Shown here piece by piece: positions 8,325 through 18,099 of a stretch of DNA of 32,000 bases. Position 1 is the stretch's first letter; the number at the start of each line of letters is the position of its first letter. The notes below the pieces were generated by a model. The model had not been told where the DNA came from. It made no database searches and worked only from the letters and a program-made list of their open reading frames with translations. The position numbers were made by a program, and so were the translations under genes. Source of the stretch: Wolbachia endosymbiont of Cimex lectularius (GTDB taxonomy: Bacteria > Pseudomonadota > Alphaproteobacteria > Rickettsiales > Anaplasmataceae); the NCBI RefSeq assembly GCF_000829315.1, contig NZ_AP013028.1:737574-769573 (forward strand), given 5' to 3'.

Positions 8325-9660
8325 AGATTTCTCTTAGCTCCTTTATGTGACCAAGCTTAATTATTTTGATATCGTGGGAAGAGTAATTGCCATTTTTAGG
8401 CATAATCGCTTTTTTGAACCCCAGTTTTTGCGCTTCTTTGAGCCTTAGGTCAGCATGTGAGATGTTTCTAATCTCGCCTGAAAGTGCAACTTCGCCACAA
8501 ATTATTGAAGAAGTTGGTAGCGGTAAATTTACTATGCTTGAAAAAAGGGAAGCAGCAACAGCAAGATCAGCCGATGGCTCTTGTATTTTCAGTCCTCCCG
8601 CAATGTTCAAATACACTTCTTTTTTCTGTAAAGACATCTCACAACGAGCATTTAATACTGCAATGATCATGGCTGATCGATTAATGTCCCATCCAACCAC
8701 TGCTCTTCTTGGATTTTCTATGTTCGTTCCCGCTATCAATGCTTGAACTTCCATCAAAATCGGTCTTGAACCCTCAATTCCTGCAAATACAGCGCTGCCA
8801 ACAACTTTTCTATCATCATTATTTCCTGCTAGAAATAATGATGATGGATTATCGATAGGTACAAGTCCTGCTTCAGACATCTCAAAAATACCAATTTCAT
8901 TTGCAGGGCCGAATCTATTTTTAATAGCACGCAAAATGCGATATTGATTGCTATTTTCACCTTCAAAATATAGCACTGTGTCCACCATATGTTCTAAAGT
9001 TTTAGGTCCAGCTATTTGCCCATCCTTAGTTATATGACCAACTACTAAGAGGGAAACACCATGTTGTTTTGCAAGAATGGTTAATTCATGGGCGCAAGTG
9101 CGAACCTGATTTACAGTTTCTGGAGCTGATGTAATTTTGCTATCATACATCGTTTGTATGGAGTCAATAATTAAGAATTTTATATTTCTATTTTCTCTTA
9201 TCGTTGTCACTACATCAGCTAAAGATACTGTAAATAAAAGCTTAATTTTAGGCTCATTTATCTTAAGGCGTTTTGCTCTGAGGCTCACTTGTTCCAAAGA
9301 TTCTTCGCCGGACACATAAAGACACTCGAGAGAGGAAAGTTGTGCAACGCTAGCTGCAATTCTAAGCAAAAGGGTAGATTTTCCAATTCCAGGTTCGCCA
9401 CCAATTAAAATGCTTGCACCTTTAACAATACCATCTCCAAAAACTCTATTTAATTCCTCTATTCCTGTTAAAAGACGATCCGGGGTAGTGATTTCACTAC
9501 CTGATAACGCCTTTATTGAAATTGGCGCAGATGTACTTTTTGTTTCTGTTCTTACGACTATTTCTTCAACAACTGTATCCCAATTATCACACGCAATGCA
9601 CCTTCCTACCCACCTGCCAGTGCTATGACCGCAGGATTGACATATATATACAGTTTTCAT
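8311..9660 (-). CDS. radA: DNA repair protein RadA
   Basis: YICQSCGHSTGRWVGRCIACDNW zinc finger, GGEPGIGKSTLLLRIA Walker A, KNRFGPANEIGIFEM motif. The start is likely the internal Met (MKTVYIC) at 9660 rather than 9684. Confidence 0.96.
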   Translation of the reverse strand: MKTVYICQSCGHSTGRWVGRCIACDNWDTVVEEIVVRTETKSTSAPISIKALSGSEITTPDRLLTGIEELNRVFGDGIVKGASILIGGEPGIGKSTLLLRIAASVAQLSSLECLYVSGEESLEQVSLRAKRLKINEPKIKLLFTVSLADVVTTIRENRNIKFLIIDSIQTMYDSKITSAPETVNQVRTCAHELTILAKQHGVSLLVVGHITKDGQIAGPKTLEHMVDTVLYFEGENSNQYRILRAIKNRFGPANEIGIFEMSEAGLVPIDNPSSLFLAGNNDDRKVVGSAVFAGIEGSRPILMEVQALIAGTNIENPRRAVVGWDINRSAMIIAVLNARCEMSLQKKEVYLNIAGGLKIQEPSADLAVAASLFSSIVNLPLPTSSIICGEVALSGEIRNISHADLRLKEAQKLGFKKAIMPKNGNYSSHDIKIIKLGHIKELREIFNHS

Positions 9661-9992
9661 AAAAGCTAAAGTTGTTTTTCGCAATTGTAATAAAGATTAG
9701 TTAAATATATGATAAACATTAAGCCCTAGATGTATAGTTCCAGGGTGTAATAACGCAACATAGAGAGATTGTCATTGAAGGAGGAGTTAAATCTCTTACA
9801 TAACCTGCTTTCTGATTTTGCGTCAAAATTTGCTTACACTTTTCCCAAGTATTCTGCAGTGCTCATCTGCGTTTCTCCTAAAAATTCCTCACCATAAACT
9901 GGTTGTGCAAGAGATCCATTATAGCGCAATTATGGGTACTTTGCGCATGCATGGATTTTAACATAATCTAATGAGCAGTTAGTTGAGATTGC

Positions 9993-10979
9993 TCAAGGGA
10001 CTTTAATGATATTCAATCCACTTACTTTTCTATCTTCCATATTGCGATGAGCCTCTATTATTTCATCGAATTTATACTTTCTGTTAATCCTCACAGTTAA
10101 AAGTTTTTTCCTTATCATCTCAAAGGTTTCCATTGCAGTAAGCACTAGTGTGAATCTGTCGTGCTTATAATGATATATCGAGGTTCCTGTAGCAAATAGC
10201 GAACGTGAGCTAAGTAAAGAAAAGCTAACCAGAGCGCTGCCTGATATCTGTCCATAGGAAACATATATGCCGAACTTGCCTAAAGATTCGAAAGAAAGCT
10301 TGCTTGTAGCATAGCCTATTGGGTCATATACTGCACCTACTCCTTTATTTTGTGTGATCTCCATAATTTTAGAAACAAAGTCTTTATCATTGTAATTTAC
10401 TGCGTATGTGCAGCCATTCTGCAAAGCTATCTTCATTTTTTCGTCAGAACTTACAGAACCTATAACTACCCCTTTTTTATCCTTTGCCCATTGGCATATT
10501 ATCTGTCCTAAACCACCACTGGCCCCATGCACGAGCACAACAGCGCCAGGCTTTATTTTGTAAGACTGGTTAACCAGATAGTGAGCTGCCATGCCTTTAA
10601 ATAGCACTGCTGCTGCAATTTCATCCGGTATTTCGTCTGGAATCTTTATCAGATATTTTTGGTGTATGGTACGTTTTTCACAATATGCTCCAGGTGGTGC
10701 TGTGCAATATCCAACTCTATCTCCAATCTCTAAGCCATCGCTTACTTTTTTGCCAAGCTTTTCAACAACCCCAACTGCTTCTACTCCAAGCACTGATGGC
10801 AGGTTTTTAATTTTGCGAATGCCTTTTCTATGTTCCAAGTCATAACGATTTAAACCGATAGCTGTGTGACGCACCAAAACTTCCTCGCTTCTTGGCTCAC
10901 TTGTGCTTTTATCTACAAATTCTAATACTTCCGGTCCTCCAGTTCTTTTTATTTGTACGGCTTTAACCATGATGGACAT
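9993..10979 (-). CDS. Quinone oxidoreductase / zinc-type alcohol dehydrogenase-like protein (MDR superfamily)
   Basis: IKRTGGPEVLEFVD, RYDLEHRKG, LVHGASGGLGQIICQWAKDKKGVVIGSVSSDEK, and similarity to QorA-type quinone reductase. Confidence 0.9.
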   Translation of the reverse strand: MSIMVKAVQIKRTGGPEVLEFVDKSTSEPRSEEVLVRHTAIGLNRYDLEHRKGIRKIKNLPSVLGVEAVGVVEKLGKKVSDGLEIGDRVGYCTAPPGAYCEKRTIHQKYLIKIPDEIPDEIAAAVLFKGMAAHYLVNQSYKIKPGAVVLVHGASGGLGQIICQWAKDKKGVVIGSVSSDEKMKIALQNGCTYAVNYNDKDFVSKIMEITQNKGVGAVYDPIGYATSKLSFESLGKFGIYVSYGQISGSALVSFSLLSSRSLFATGTSIYHYKHDRFTLVLTAMETFEMIRKKLLTVRINRKYKFDEIIEAHRNMEDRKVSGLNIIKVP

Positions 10980-11065
10980 AAGATAAAAACTTTGGCTATA
11001 TTACCTGATAATCAGTATCCTGTAAAATTATTTAGAAATCTGTAAGGTATGTGTTGATAAAAGAA

Positions 11066-11139
11066 TCGGGGCGGAGAGATTTGAACTCCCGACCCTTTGG
11101 TCCCAAACCAAATGCGCTACCAGACTGCGCCACGCCCCG
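11066..11139 (-). tRNA. tRNA-Pro (anticodon TGG)
   Basis: The minus strand folds as CGGGGCG TG GCGC AGTCTGGTA GCGC A TTTGG TTTGGGA CCAAA GGGTC GGGAG TTCAAAT CTCTC CGCCCCG A. CCA is not encoded. Confidence 0.97.
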
Positions 11140-11259
11140 ACTTTTTTATTCAGAATAGCAATAACTAAGATAAAATGCAAGGTTCATTTATTCACCAAAA
11201 AGCATTTGCTTTTGTCCATCATAATACCTGCGCGGTAGCTAGCTGAATTCAGATTTTTT

Positions 11260-11590
11260 AGCAATAGAAACAAAAAAACTACTTGACAAGTTCCTCCAAA
11301 CCCATTATTATAAGGTTGAAGCTATTATTTATCTTCAGTCTGTGCAGATTAAACGACAAAAAAACTTAGTATATCTGGCGTACCATGTTTAATTTTTTGC
11401 ACTATGTGCACCGTATGTCTTTTTAAAACTTCTGGTTTTTTACCTATACAAGCTGAAACGCGTTTATAAGTCGTTTAAAACATAAAAAAACGCCAATATT
11501 ATAGGATAGATAGTAAATAACTAGCTACCGGAGTTTCTTTTGCTGTTTTTTCTCTATTCGGTAAATTTCTTAAATTTTATAGTTAAACTG
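11260..11590 (+). repeat. Copy B of the dispersed intergenic repeat (candidate ncRNA/MITE)
   Basis: TTGACA 11283-11288, 17 bp, TATTAT 11306-11311, then the shared body with ctggcgt ... acgcc inverted arms and gcactatgtgcac. Confidence 0.85.
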
Positions 11591-11691
11591 GATCCCAGAT
11601 GTTGACAAAAGCCTAGGTTAATCGTATAATTAATATGGTAACACCACTAAAAAGTATAATAAAACAGGTGTATGAAGTACGTGGGGGGTTT

Positions 11692-11898
11692 ATGCTTATT
11701 GGTCATTATGAAGCAGGGATAGAGAGAAACGCTACTCAGAACGAGATAAAAAAAGCATATCATAAATTAGCAATGGAATATCATCCAGGTAAAAATTCTG
11801 ATGGCGCAGAGGAATTAAAAAATATAAAAGGATCATATAGGTGCTATTTAATTGATACTTACTCGCCGTGTTATTCTTTTTCAATACAAATATTATGA
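11692..11898 (+). pseudogene. Degenerate DnaJ (J-domain) fragment
   Basis: HYEAGIERNATQNEIKKAYHKLAMEYHPGKNSDGAEELKNIKGSYRCYL resembles helices I-III of a J-domain, but HPD is HPG and the C-terminal part is lost. Confidence 0.6.
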
Positions 11899-11917
11899 AC
11901 AGTTAAAAGGAGGTCAT

Positions 11918-13900
11918 ATGGACAAAGAGACTACTAAAGCTATGTCTGCAGGATGTAGTGAACTAGACGTTACGAGATCTGTAAATTTTCTTGGGTCTGT
12001 TCTACTCTATCAGATGAATTTAGAAAACGCATTAGTTTCACTTGGTTTTTCTTATAACACTTTAAGCGAACTGGATAAAGAGTTGAACCAAGTAAGAGAG
12101 CAGAATTATAGTGAAAAAGCACTGGAAATGTATGAAAAACGCTTTAATGGAGTATTTAGAAGCAAGTATAGAAAGCTAAGCCTTGAATATAGGAATGATG
12201 GGAAAAAGACAAAGAACTTAAACAACATGAAAAAGATAATGGAAGAACTATATGAAACATCAAAAGAGAGAGATAATTTTAGATATGTACTGTTTTCTGG
12301 AATAGCATTTGATTTATTATATCAGAATAGAAAAAAATGTGCAACTTTAATAAACGAGAGTGTAGTAGCCGAACTGAGGAACTTGACTATTTGGCGTCAA
12401 ACTGACCTAATGCATTATCGTAACGACTTCTTAAAGAAAGCACAAGAATACCTTAATAGTTATAGAAATAGCCTGTGTAAAAATGAACAAATAGAGAAGG
12501 ATTTTGGTAAATTGCAGGAATGGTATGTCAAAAAATATGAGAAAGATTGGTACAATAAATTGATTGAATTAAACAGTCGATGCAATAGTGATAAAAAGCT
12601 GAAGGCTATAAAAGGTGAAGTTGATAATCTTGTAAAGAGGAGTAGTGAACAACTTAACATATTAAGAAATGTAGTCGAAAGAAAGTATGAACATAGTGCA
12701 AATGTATTAAATCAGATGCTTTCACTAACTCCAACTATTTTAAAAAAGGATAGTAGTGTTAAAACTAAGGGATCTGATTTACGGAAAAAAGCCCCTTCCA
12801 ACATTTCTGAAAAAGGTCAGCACATAGACGAGGCCATTGATAGGTGCTTTGTGTCTCCGATATTAGAATATATCTATGTCACAAAAGTGTATAAAGAGCT
12901 GTTAGGAGGGGGTGATCTAACCATCAGAAATTCAGTCAAGGAATTTAGAGACTGTGTAAAAGCAAAGAGAACAGAAGAGTTTAACATCCAGAGTAAGATG
13001 AACAATTATTCGCTTAAGGAATTACAAACAAAAATTGAAGCATTGAGAAATTTCTTATTTTATCAAGAAAATTTAAGCCTACAGGAAAAAGAAATAGAGA
13101 AGTATATTAACAATAATCAGTCAAGAGCAAAAGTAATATTAGTGCAGATGCTGGAAAGATGTGGGAAGCTTTTGGGAGAGGAATTCAAGGAGGAAAAGAC
13201 ATGGTTTAAAAGAGTAGGAGAGAAAATAGAAAAGGAACGAAAAGCAACAGAGCAAGCAAATGCAAGGGCAGAACAGGAAGCTCAAAGGGCAGGACATATT
13301 AATAAGGTGAGTAAGATTTTTTTAAGAAAAATATATAGTCTTGGTGATGAGTTGCAAGATATAGTGGTGGAAAGTCAAGATGAAATTGTAGATGCGATCG
13401 TACAACGCATTATGGAATGTAGCTTTTCTCCACAACAAATACTGGATGCAATAATTGAAGAAATAAAATCTAATGAAGACCAAGTTAGAAGGGAGGGTAA
13501 AGTTAATGCTGAACTAATTGAAAATGTAATGAGAGGTTTTATAGTTGCAGTAGATGAAGAGCAAATTGAACCGAATACGGACATAGAAGGTGCTTGTAAA
13601 TCTGAACATGAGGAAGAATTAGAATCACAAAAAAGCTTAGATGACGATCAAAATAGTACAGAAAGGAACAAGTTGCTTATTATAACTGCTTCCGCTTCCG
13701 TTGGCTTATTGTTGGGCCTGAGCATAGCATATCTTGCAGGAGCTGCTACTTTGACTCCTATTGGTGCTGTTACGGTATTTGTTACAGCTGCAGTAGTTGG
13801 TACATCGGTAGGGTATGGTATCGGAAAGTTTTATGAGAAGGTTAGTAGCAAACTCTCTGATGTATCTACTGGACATTCTAAACTAGAGCTACTGGTGTAA
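11918..13900 (+). CDS. Hypothetical coiled-coil-rich protein with a C-terminal hydrophobic hairpin (660 aa from ATG 11918)
   Basis: Strong Shine-Dalgarno aaggaggt at 11907-11914 upstream of ATG 11918. Long helical, charged body ending LLIITASASVGLLLGLSIAYLAGAATLTPIGAVTVFVTAAVVGTSVGYGIGKFYEKV. Confidence 0.85.
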   Translation: MDKETTKAMSAGCSELDVTRSVNFLGSVLLYQMNLENALVSLGFSYNTLSELDKELNQVREQNYSEKALEMYEKRFNGVFRSKYRKLSLEYRNDGKKTKNLNNMKKIMEELYETSKERDNFRYVLFSGIAFDLLYQNRKKCATLINESVVAELRNLTIWRQTDLMHYRNDFLKKAQEYLNSYRNSLCKNEQIEKDFGKLQEWYVKKYEKDWYNKLIELNSRCNSDKKLKAIKGEVDNLVKRSSEQLNILRNVVERKYEHSANVLNQMLSLTPTILKKDSSVKTKGSDLRKKAPSNISEKGQHIDEAIDRCFVSPILEYIYVTKVYKELLGGGDLTIRNSVKEFRDCVKAKRTEEFNIQSKMNNYSLKELQTKIEALRNFLFYQENLSLQEKEIEKYINNNQSRAKVILVQMLERCGKLLGEEFKEEKTWFKRVGEKIEKERKATEQANARAEQEAQRAGHINKVSKIFLRKIYSLGDELQDIVVESQDEIVDAIVQRIMECSFSPQQILDAIIEEIKSNEDQVRREGKVNAELIENVMRGFIVAVDEEQIEPNTDIEGACKSEHEEELESQKSLDDDQNSTERNKLLIITASASVGLLLGLSIAYLAGAATLTPIGAVTVFVTAAVVGTSVGYGIGKFYEKVSSKLSDVSTGHSKLELLV

Positions 13901-14241
13901 TTCAAATTGCTAAGTGTATGCTATAGCTAAAAGGGTTCTTCAAGACGACGTAGAGATATGGTATTGAGTGATATAAAAAGCAGAAAAATGTTAAAGCCAT
14001 GCTATTGTTCTGTTTTTTAGCGTTCGGGGAAATCTTACTTTGGTTGGCTATACCAGACAGGTGAGTATAAAAGTTATGTTAAAATGCACCATTTTCATGG
14101 GAAACTGGGTCCCAGTGTCACGCACTTGGATGACAGGAGGAGGGGCTACTTGGATGACATCGTTTACTATGTTCATATTACAATATTTTCAGTGTGCTCA
14201 TCTGTGTTTCTCCTAAACCATAATGCAAGAGATCTACTAGG

Positions 14242-14841
14242 TTAAGCCTTTTTGCCAATTATCACAACATTTTCACTTGGGAAAAAATAATCAGGTATAG
14301 CCATATTTTTTGGTGCAGGCCCCCCAATTACTCGACCTGATGTATCATAATATGAGCCATGGCAAGGACAAAACCAGCCGTTGCCGCCTTTTGTAGCATG
14401 ATCAACCGGCACACACCCAAGATGGGTACATATTCCAACCATAATTAACCACTCATCTTTTCCTTTGCATACTCTTTGCTCATCAGGCTGGGGATCTCGC
14501 AAATTTTTTACATCAACTGCTCTTGCCGCCTCAATCTCTTGTTTCGTACGTCTGCGAATAAATACCGGTTTACCTTGCCATTTTACTTTTTTCCCTTGCC
14601 CTTCTTGAATATCAGATAGATTAACCTCGACCGTAGACATCGCTAAAACTTCAGCGGAAGGGTTCATAGACTTAACCAGTGGCCAAAGTCCACTTGCAGC
14701 TCCTATACCTGCCATAGCACATGTAGTTAATGTTATAAAATCTCTCCTACTCTTATTTTTAGTGAGGTCTTTAACAGGAGATGCTTCTTTAGCTTTCTTG
14801 TCTGCCAACGATTTTTTATTTTTATTTAATTTTTTGTCCAT
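14242..14841 (-). CDS. petA: Ubiquinol-cytochrome c reductase iron-sulfur (Rieske) subunit
   Basis: Rieske motifs CTHLGC and CPCHGSYYD, plus Tat-type leader SRRDFITL followed by a TM segment. Confidence 0.96.
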   Translation of the reverse strand: MDKKLNKNKKSLADKKAKEASPVKDLTKNKSRRDFITLTTCAMAGIGAASGLWPLVKSMNPSAEVLAMSTVEVNLSDIQEGQGKKVKWQGKPVFIRRRTKQEIEAARAVDVKNLRDPQPDEQRVCKGKDEWLIMVGICTHLGCVPVDHATKGGNGWFCPCHGSYYDTSGRVIGGPAPKNMAIPDYFFPSENVVIIGKKA

Positions 14842-14925
14842 CGATCTCTACTCAGCTACAAGTATATATTTTAGCTTAAATACTATAGATTAATCAATAA
14901 AAACTTGCACTTTTAGCTATCGTTG

Positions 14926-17637
14926 CTACAGCTCAGAGGAGACAGAGTTTCCGACTTCTTCAGAAGTGCTATCTTCAGTGGAACCAGGATCTTCAATTTT
15001 TGCTGCTGACACCACCTTTTCTTTACTCTCTGTTTTAAATAGGGTGACTCCCTGAGTGCTACGTCCTGCAATTCTAATATCATCCACTGAAATGCGAATT
15101 AACTTTCCTTTATCTGTAATGAGCATTATATTGTCACCCTGCTCAACTGGAAAACTAGCAACGACACTACCGTTTCTGCTGGTAGTAAGAATATTGGTGA
15201 TACCAACACCACCCCTATTGGTTACTCTGTACTCATACGCAGAAGTTCTTTTACCAAAGCCATTTTCGGTAATGGTTAGTATAAACTCCTCATTCACCGC
15301 AAGTTTTAAGAATAATTCACTGTCTATTCCCAAATCGTTCAAAGTCTTTTCTAACTTAGAATCAATGGCGTTGTTAGTAGCAGCTTCCAGTCTTTTTGCA
15401 AGTGGAACTTTTAGGTAAAGTTCTTTTGTTTCTGTTGTAACACCTATACCGTTTAGTATGGTCATGGATATCACGCTGTCGCTCTTTACAAGTTTGATGC
15501 CTCTTACACCATCTGAATTGCGGCTTTTGAATTGGCGAACATCACTTACAACAAATCTGATGCTTTTCCCAAGCGTCGTTGAAAGTAAAACGTGATCAAT
15601 TTCGTTGCATACTTTAACTGACACTAATTTGTCTCCTCCATCGAGCTTGATTGCTATCTTTCCATTACTTGGAATATAGTGAAAATCTGCTAAGGAGTTA
15701 CGCCTTATGTTTCCATGAGCAGTAGCAAAGACTATATTCTGATTTTCATCATTCTCACTTGGGAGCGGCATGATGTTAGTTATAGTTTCACCTTCAGTGA
15801 GAGGAAATACATTAACAAGCGCTCTTCCACGTGCTGTTGGCTCTGCAAGAGGTAATTTATAAACTTTTAACCTATAAACTCTGCCAATATTGGAAAAGAA
15901 TAAAAGACTAGTGTGGGTATTTCCAACAAACAATTTTGTGGTTACATCTTCTTCCTTTAATCCCTGTCCCAGCTTTCCTTTTCCACCACGACGCTGAGTT
16001 CTATAGTGAGAAAGCTTCACGCGCTTAATGTAACCATTCATAGTTACGGTCACCACCATATCCTCTTGTGGAATGAGATCCTCAGCTTCAATGTCTACAT
16101 CTGACTCTTCTATTGAAGTCTTCCGCGGCACGGCAAATCTATTTTTTATTTCTTGTAAATTATTTTTTATTTCTTTCATTAATCCCTCTTCTGAGCCAAG
16201 AAAAGCGATATATTCTTTTATCAGGTTGATCATTGAATTTAGCTCAGCTTCTAATTTGACTTTTTCAAGACCTGTTAAGCGTTGCAATTTCATGTCAAGA
16301 ATGGCCTTCGTCTGCAGCTCAGTTAATCTGTACACTCCGTCTTTTAAAAAGCTCTCACTGTCTGAAATCAAGCTAATAATCGTGTTTATTTCCGCTGAAG
16401 TCTTCCACTCCTTATTTAAAAGCTCTTTGCTTGCTTCTTCAGGATCTTTTGCACCACGGATGATTTTTATCACTTCATCTATGCTCAAAACTGCAATATA
16501 GAGCCCTATATATATATGAGCTTTTTCCCTCGTTTTTCTTAGACGAAATTCCGTTCTCCTGATTAGTACTTCTTTTCTAAAGTCAACAAAAGCAGCTATG
16601 ATTCCTTTCAATGACATCAAAGCAGGTCTGTTGTTACTGAGAACCAAAGTGTTAACACTAAAGCTACTTCTTAGGGGAGTAAGGCCCAATATTTGATTCA
16701 GTATGAAATCTGCTGCGGTATTTTTCCTAAGATCAATCACTACCCTAATGCCGGACTTATCGGACTCATCCCGGATTTCAGTTATGCCATCAATTTTCTT
16801 CTCTTTTACGAGTTCACCTATTTTCTCAATTAATTTTACTTTATTTACCTGGTAAGGTATTTCATCAATAACTATTGCTTGCCTATCTTGCGGCAGATCT
16901 TCTATATGAGTTTTACCTTGTACAACAATTGAACCTCGACCTGTGGCAAACGCTGATCTTATTCCAGACCTACCAAGAATCGTTCCACCAGTTGGAAAAT
17001 CCGGTCCCGGCACCACTTCAAGCAATTCATCTAAAGTTACTTCAGGATTGTCTATATATAACATGCAGGCATCGATTATCTCACCAAGGTTATGAGAAGG
17101 AATGTTGGTTGCCATACCGACTGCAACACCACTTGCACCATTTACCAATAGATTTGGGAACTCTGCAGGTAGTACAACAGGCTCTGTTTCATTTCCATCG
17201 TAGTTTGGCCTAAAGTCAACAGTATCTTCATCGATATCATTCAATAAAAAATGCGACACTTTGTGGAGCCTTGCTTCTGTATATCGCATCGAAGCTGGTG
17301 GATCTCCATCTATTGAACCAAAATTACCTTGTCCATCAATAAGTGGTAAAAGAAGAGAGAAATTTTGAGCCATTCTGACCAAGGAGTCATAAATAGCCAT
17401 GTCACCGTGTGGGTGATATTTCCCCATTACGTCCCCAACTATACGAGCTGCCTTTTTATATGGCTTACCAGCATCGTACCCTGCCCTTGACATTGCATAT
17501 AATATGCGCCTGTGAACAGGTTTAAACCCATCGCGCACGTCAGGTATAGCCCGGCTTATGATCACGCTCATTGCGTAAGAGAGATAAGAATCTTCCAGCT
17601 CTTTCACTATTGAAACTGGTACTATATTGTCTTGCAT
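14926..17637 (-). CDS. gyrA: DNA gyrase subunit A
   Basis: [96 protein letters not shown]. Confidence 0.98.
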   Translation of the reverse strand: MQDNIVPVSIVKELEDSYLSYAMSVIISRAIPDVRDGFKPVHRRILYAMSRAGYDAGKPYKKAARIVGDVMGKYHPHGDMAIYDSLVRMAQNFSLLLPLIDGQGNFGSIDGDPPASMRYTEARLHKVSHFLLNDIDEDTVDFRPNYDGNETEPVVLPAEFPNLLVNGASGVAVGMATNIPSHNLGEIIDACMLYIDNPEVTLDELLEVVPGPDFPTGGTILGRSGIRSAFATGRGSIVVQGKTHIEDLPQDRQAIVIDEIPYQVNKVKLIEKIGELVKEKKIDGITEIRDESDKSGIRVVIDLRKNTAADFILNQILGLTPLRSSFSVNTLVLSNNRPALMSLKGIIAAFVDFRKEVLIRRTEFRLRKTREKAHIYIGLYIAVLSIDEVIKIIRGAKDPEEASKELLNKEWKTSAEINTIISLISDSESFLKDGVYRLTELQTKAILDMKLQRLTGLEKVKLEAELNSMINLIKEYIAFLGSEEGLMKEIKNNLQEIKNRFAVPRKTSIEESDVDIEAEDLIPQEDMVVTVTMNGYIKRVKLSHYRTQRRGGKGKLGQGLKEEDVTTKLFVGNTHTSLLFFSNIGRVYRLKVYKLPLAEPTARGRALVNVFPLTEGETITNIMPLPSENDENQNIVFATAHGNIRRNSLADFHYIPSNGKIAIKLDGGDKLVSVKVCNEIDHVLLSTTLGKSIRFVVSDVRQFKSRNSDGVRGIKLVKSDSVISMTILNGIGVTTETKELYLKVPLAKRLEAATNNAIDSKLEKTLNDLGIDSELFLKLAVNEEFILTITENGFGKRTSAYEYRVTNRGGVGITNILTTSRNGSVVASFPVEQGDNIMLITDKGKLIRISVDDIRIAGRSTQGVTLFKTESKEKVVSAAKIEDPGSTEDSTSEEVGNSVSSEL

Positions 17638-17768
17638 TTTCTATACTTTAATCGAAGTAATTGTAATCTTAACATTTAGTTAAGCAAATGGTCAATGAGA
17701 AATTAGACAGCATGTGGTTCTACTTTTTGTTTACAATAATAATATTGAGCTATAGAATTACACTAAAG

Positions 17769-17844
17769 GGGCAATTAGCTCAGCTGGTAGAGCATCTCGT
17801 TTACACCGAGGAGGTCGGCAGTTCAAGTCTGTCATTGCCCACCA
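17769..17844 (+). tRNA. tRNA-Val (anticodon TAC), CCA encoded
   Basis: GGGCAAT TA GCTC AGCTGGTA GAGC A TCTCG TTTACAC CGAGG AGGTC GGCAG TTCAAGT CTGTC ATTGCCC A CCA. Confidence 0.97.
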
Positions 17845-18099
17845 TATCGATTCTAGTATGTCACAAAATTCGCTATAACAGCCTGTTTTACTAGCTATAC
17901 ACACCGTTTTTTACATCTAATTATTTATTTAAAATCTTCTATTTTCTTTCTATAACCCTCTACCATTTTTCTAAAAAAGGTAGGTGCGGTTTTGGAAAAA
18001 GCAACAACTAGTATAAAAATATATTTTACATATAAATTTAAGCTTTACTCATGCTGTATGTTGTATACAATATATTATCTGTCTAGGTTAGGAGGTGGT

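Noticed and set aside
8387-9628. Plus-strand ORFs overlapping radA
   Set aside because: Antisense to conserved RadA motifs; no independent support.
15056-17213. Plus-strand ORFs of 120, 142 and 112 aa within gyrA
   Set aside because: Antisense shadow ORFs to well-conserved GyrA; no recognisable motifs or ribosome-binding evidence.
14926-17637. Possible disruption of gyrA or an intein
   Set aside because: The 903-aa frame is continuous, with all expected motifs and normal length.
17688-17894. 68-aa plus-strand ORF
   Set aside because: It runs through the tRNA-Val gene (LAQLVEHLVYTEEVGSSSL is the translated tRNA), so it is not a real CDS.
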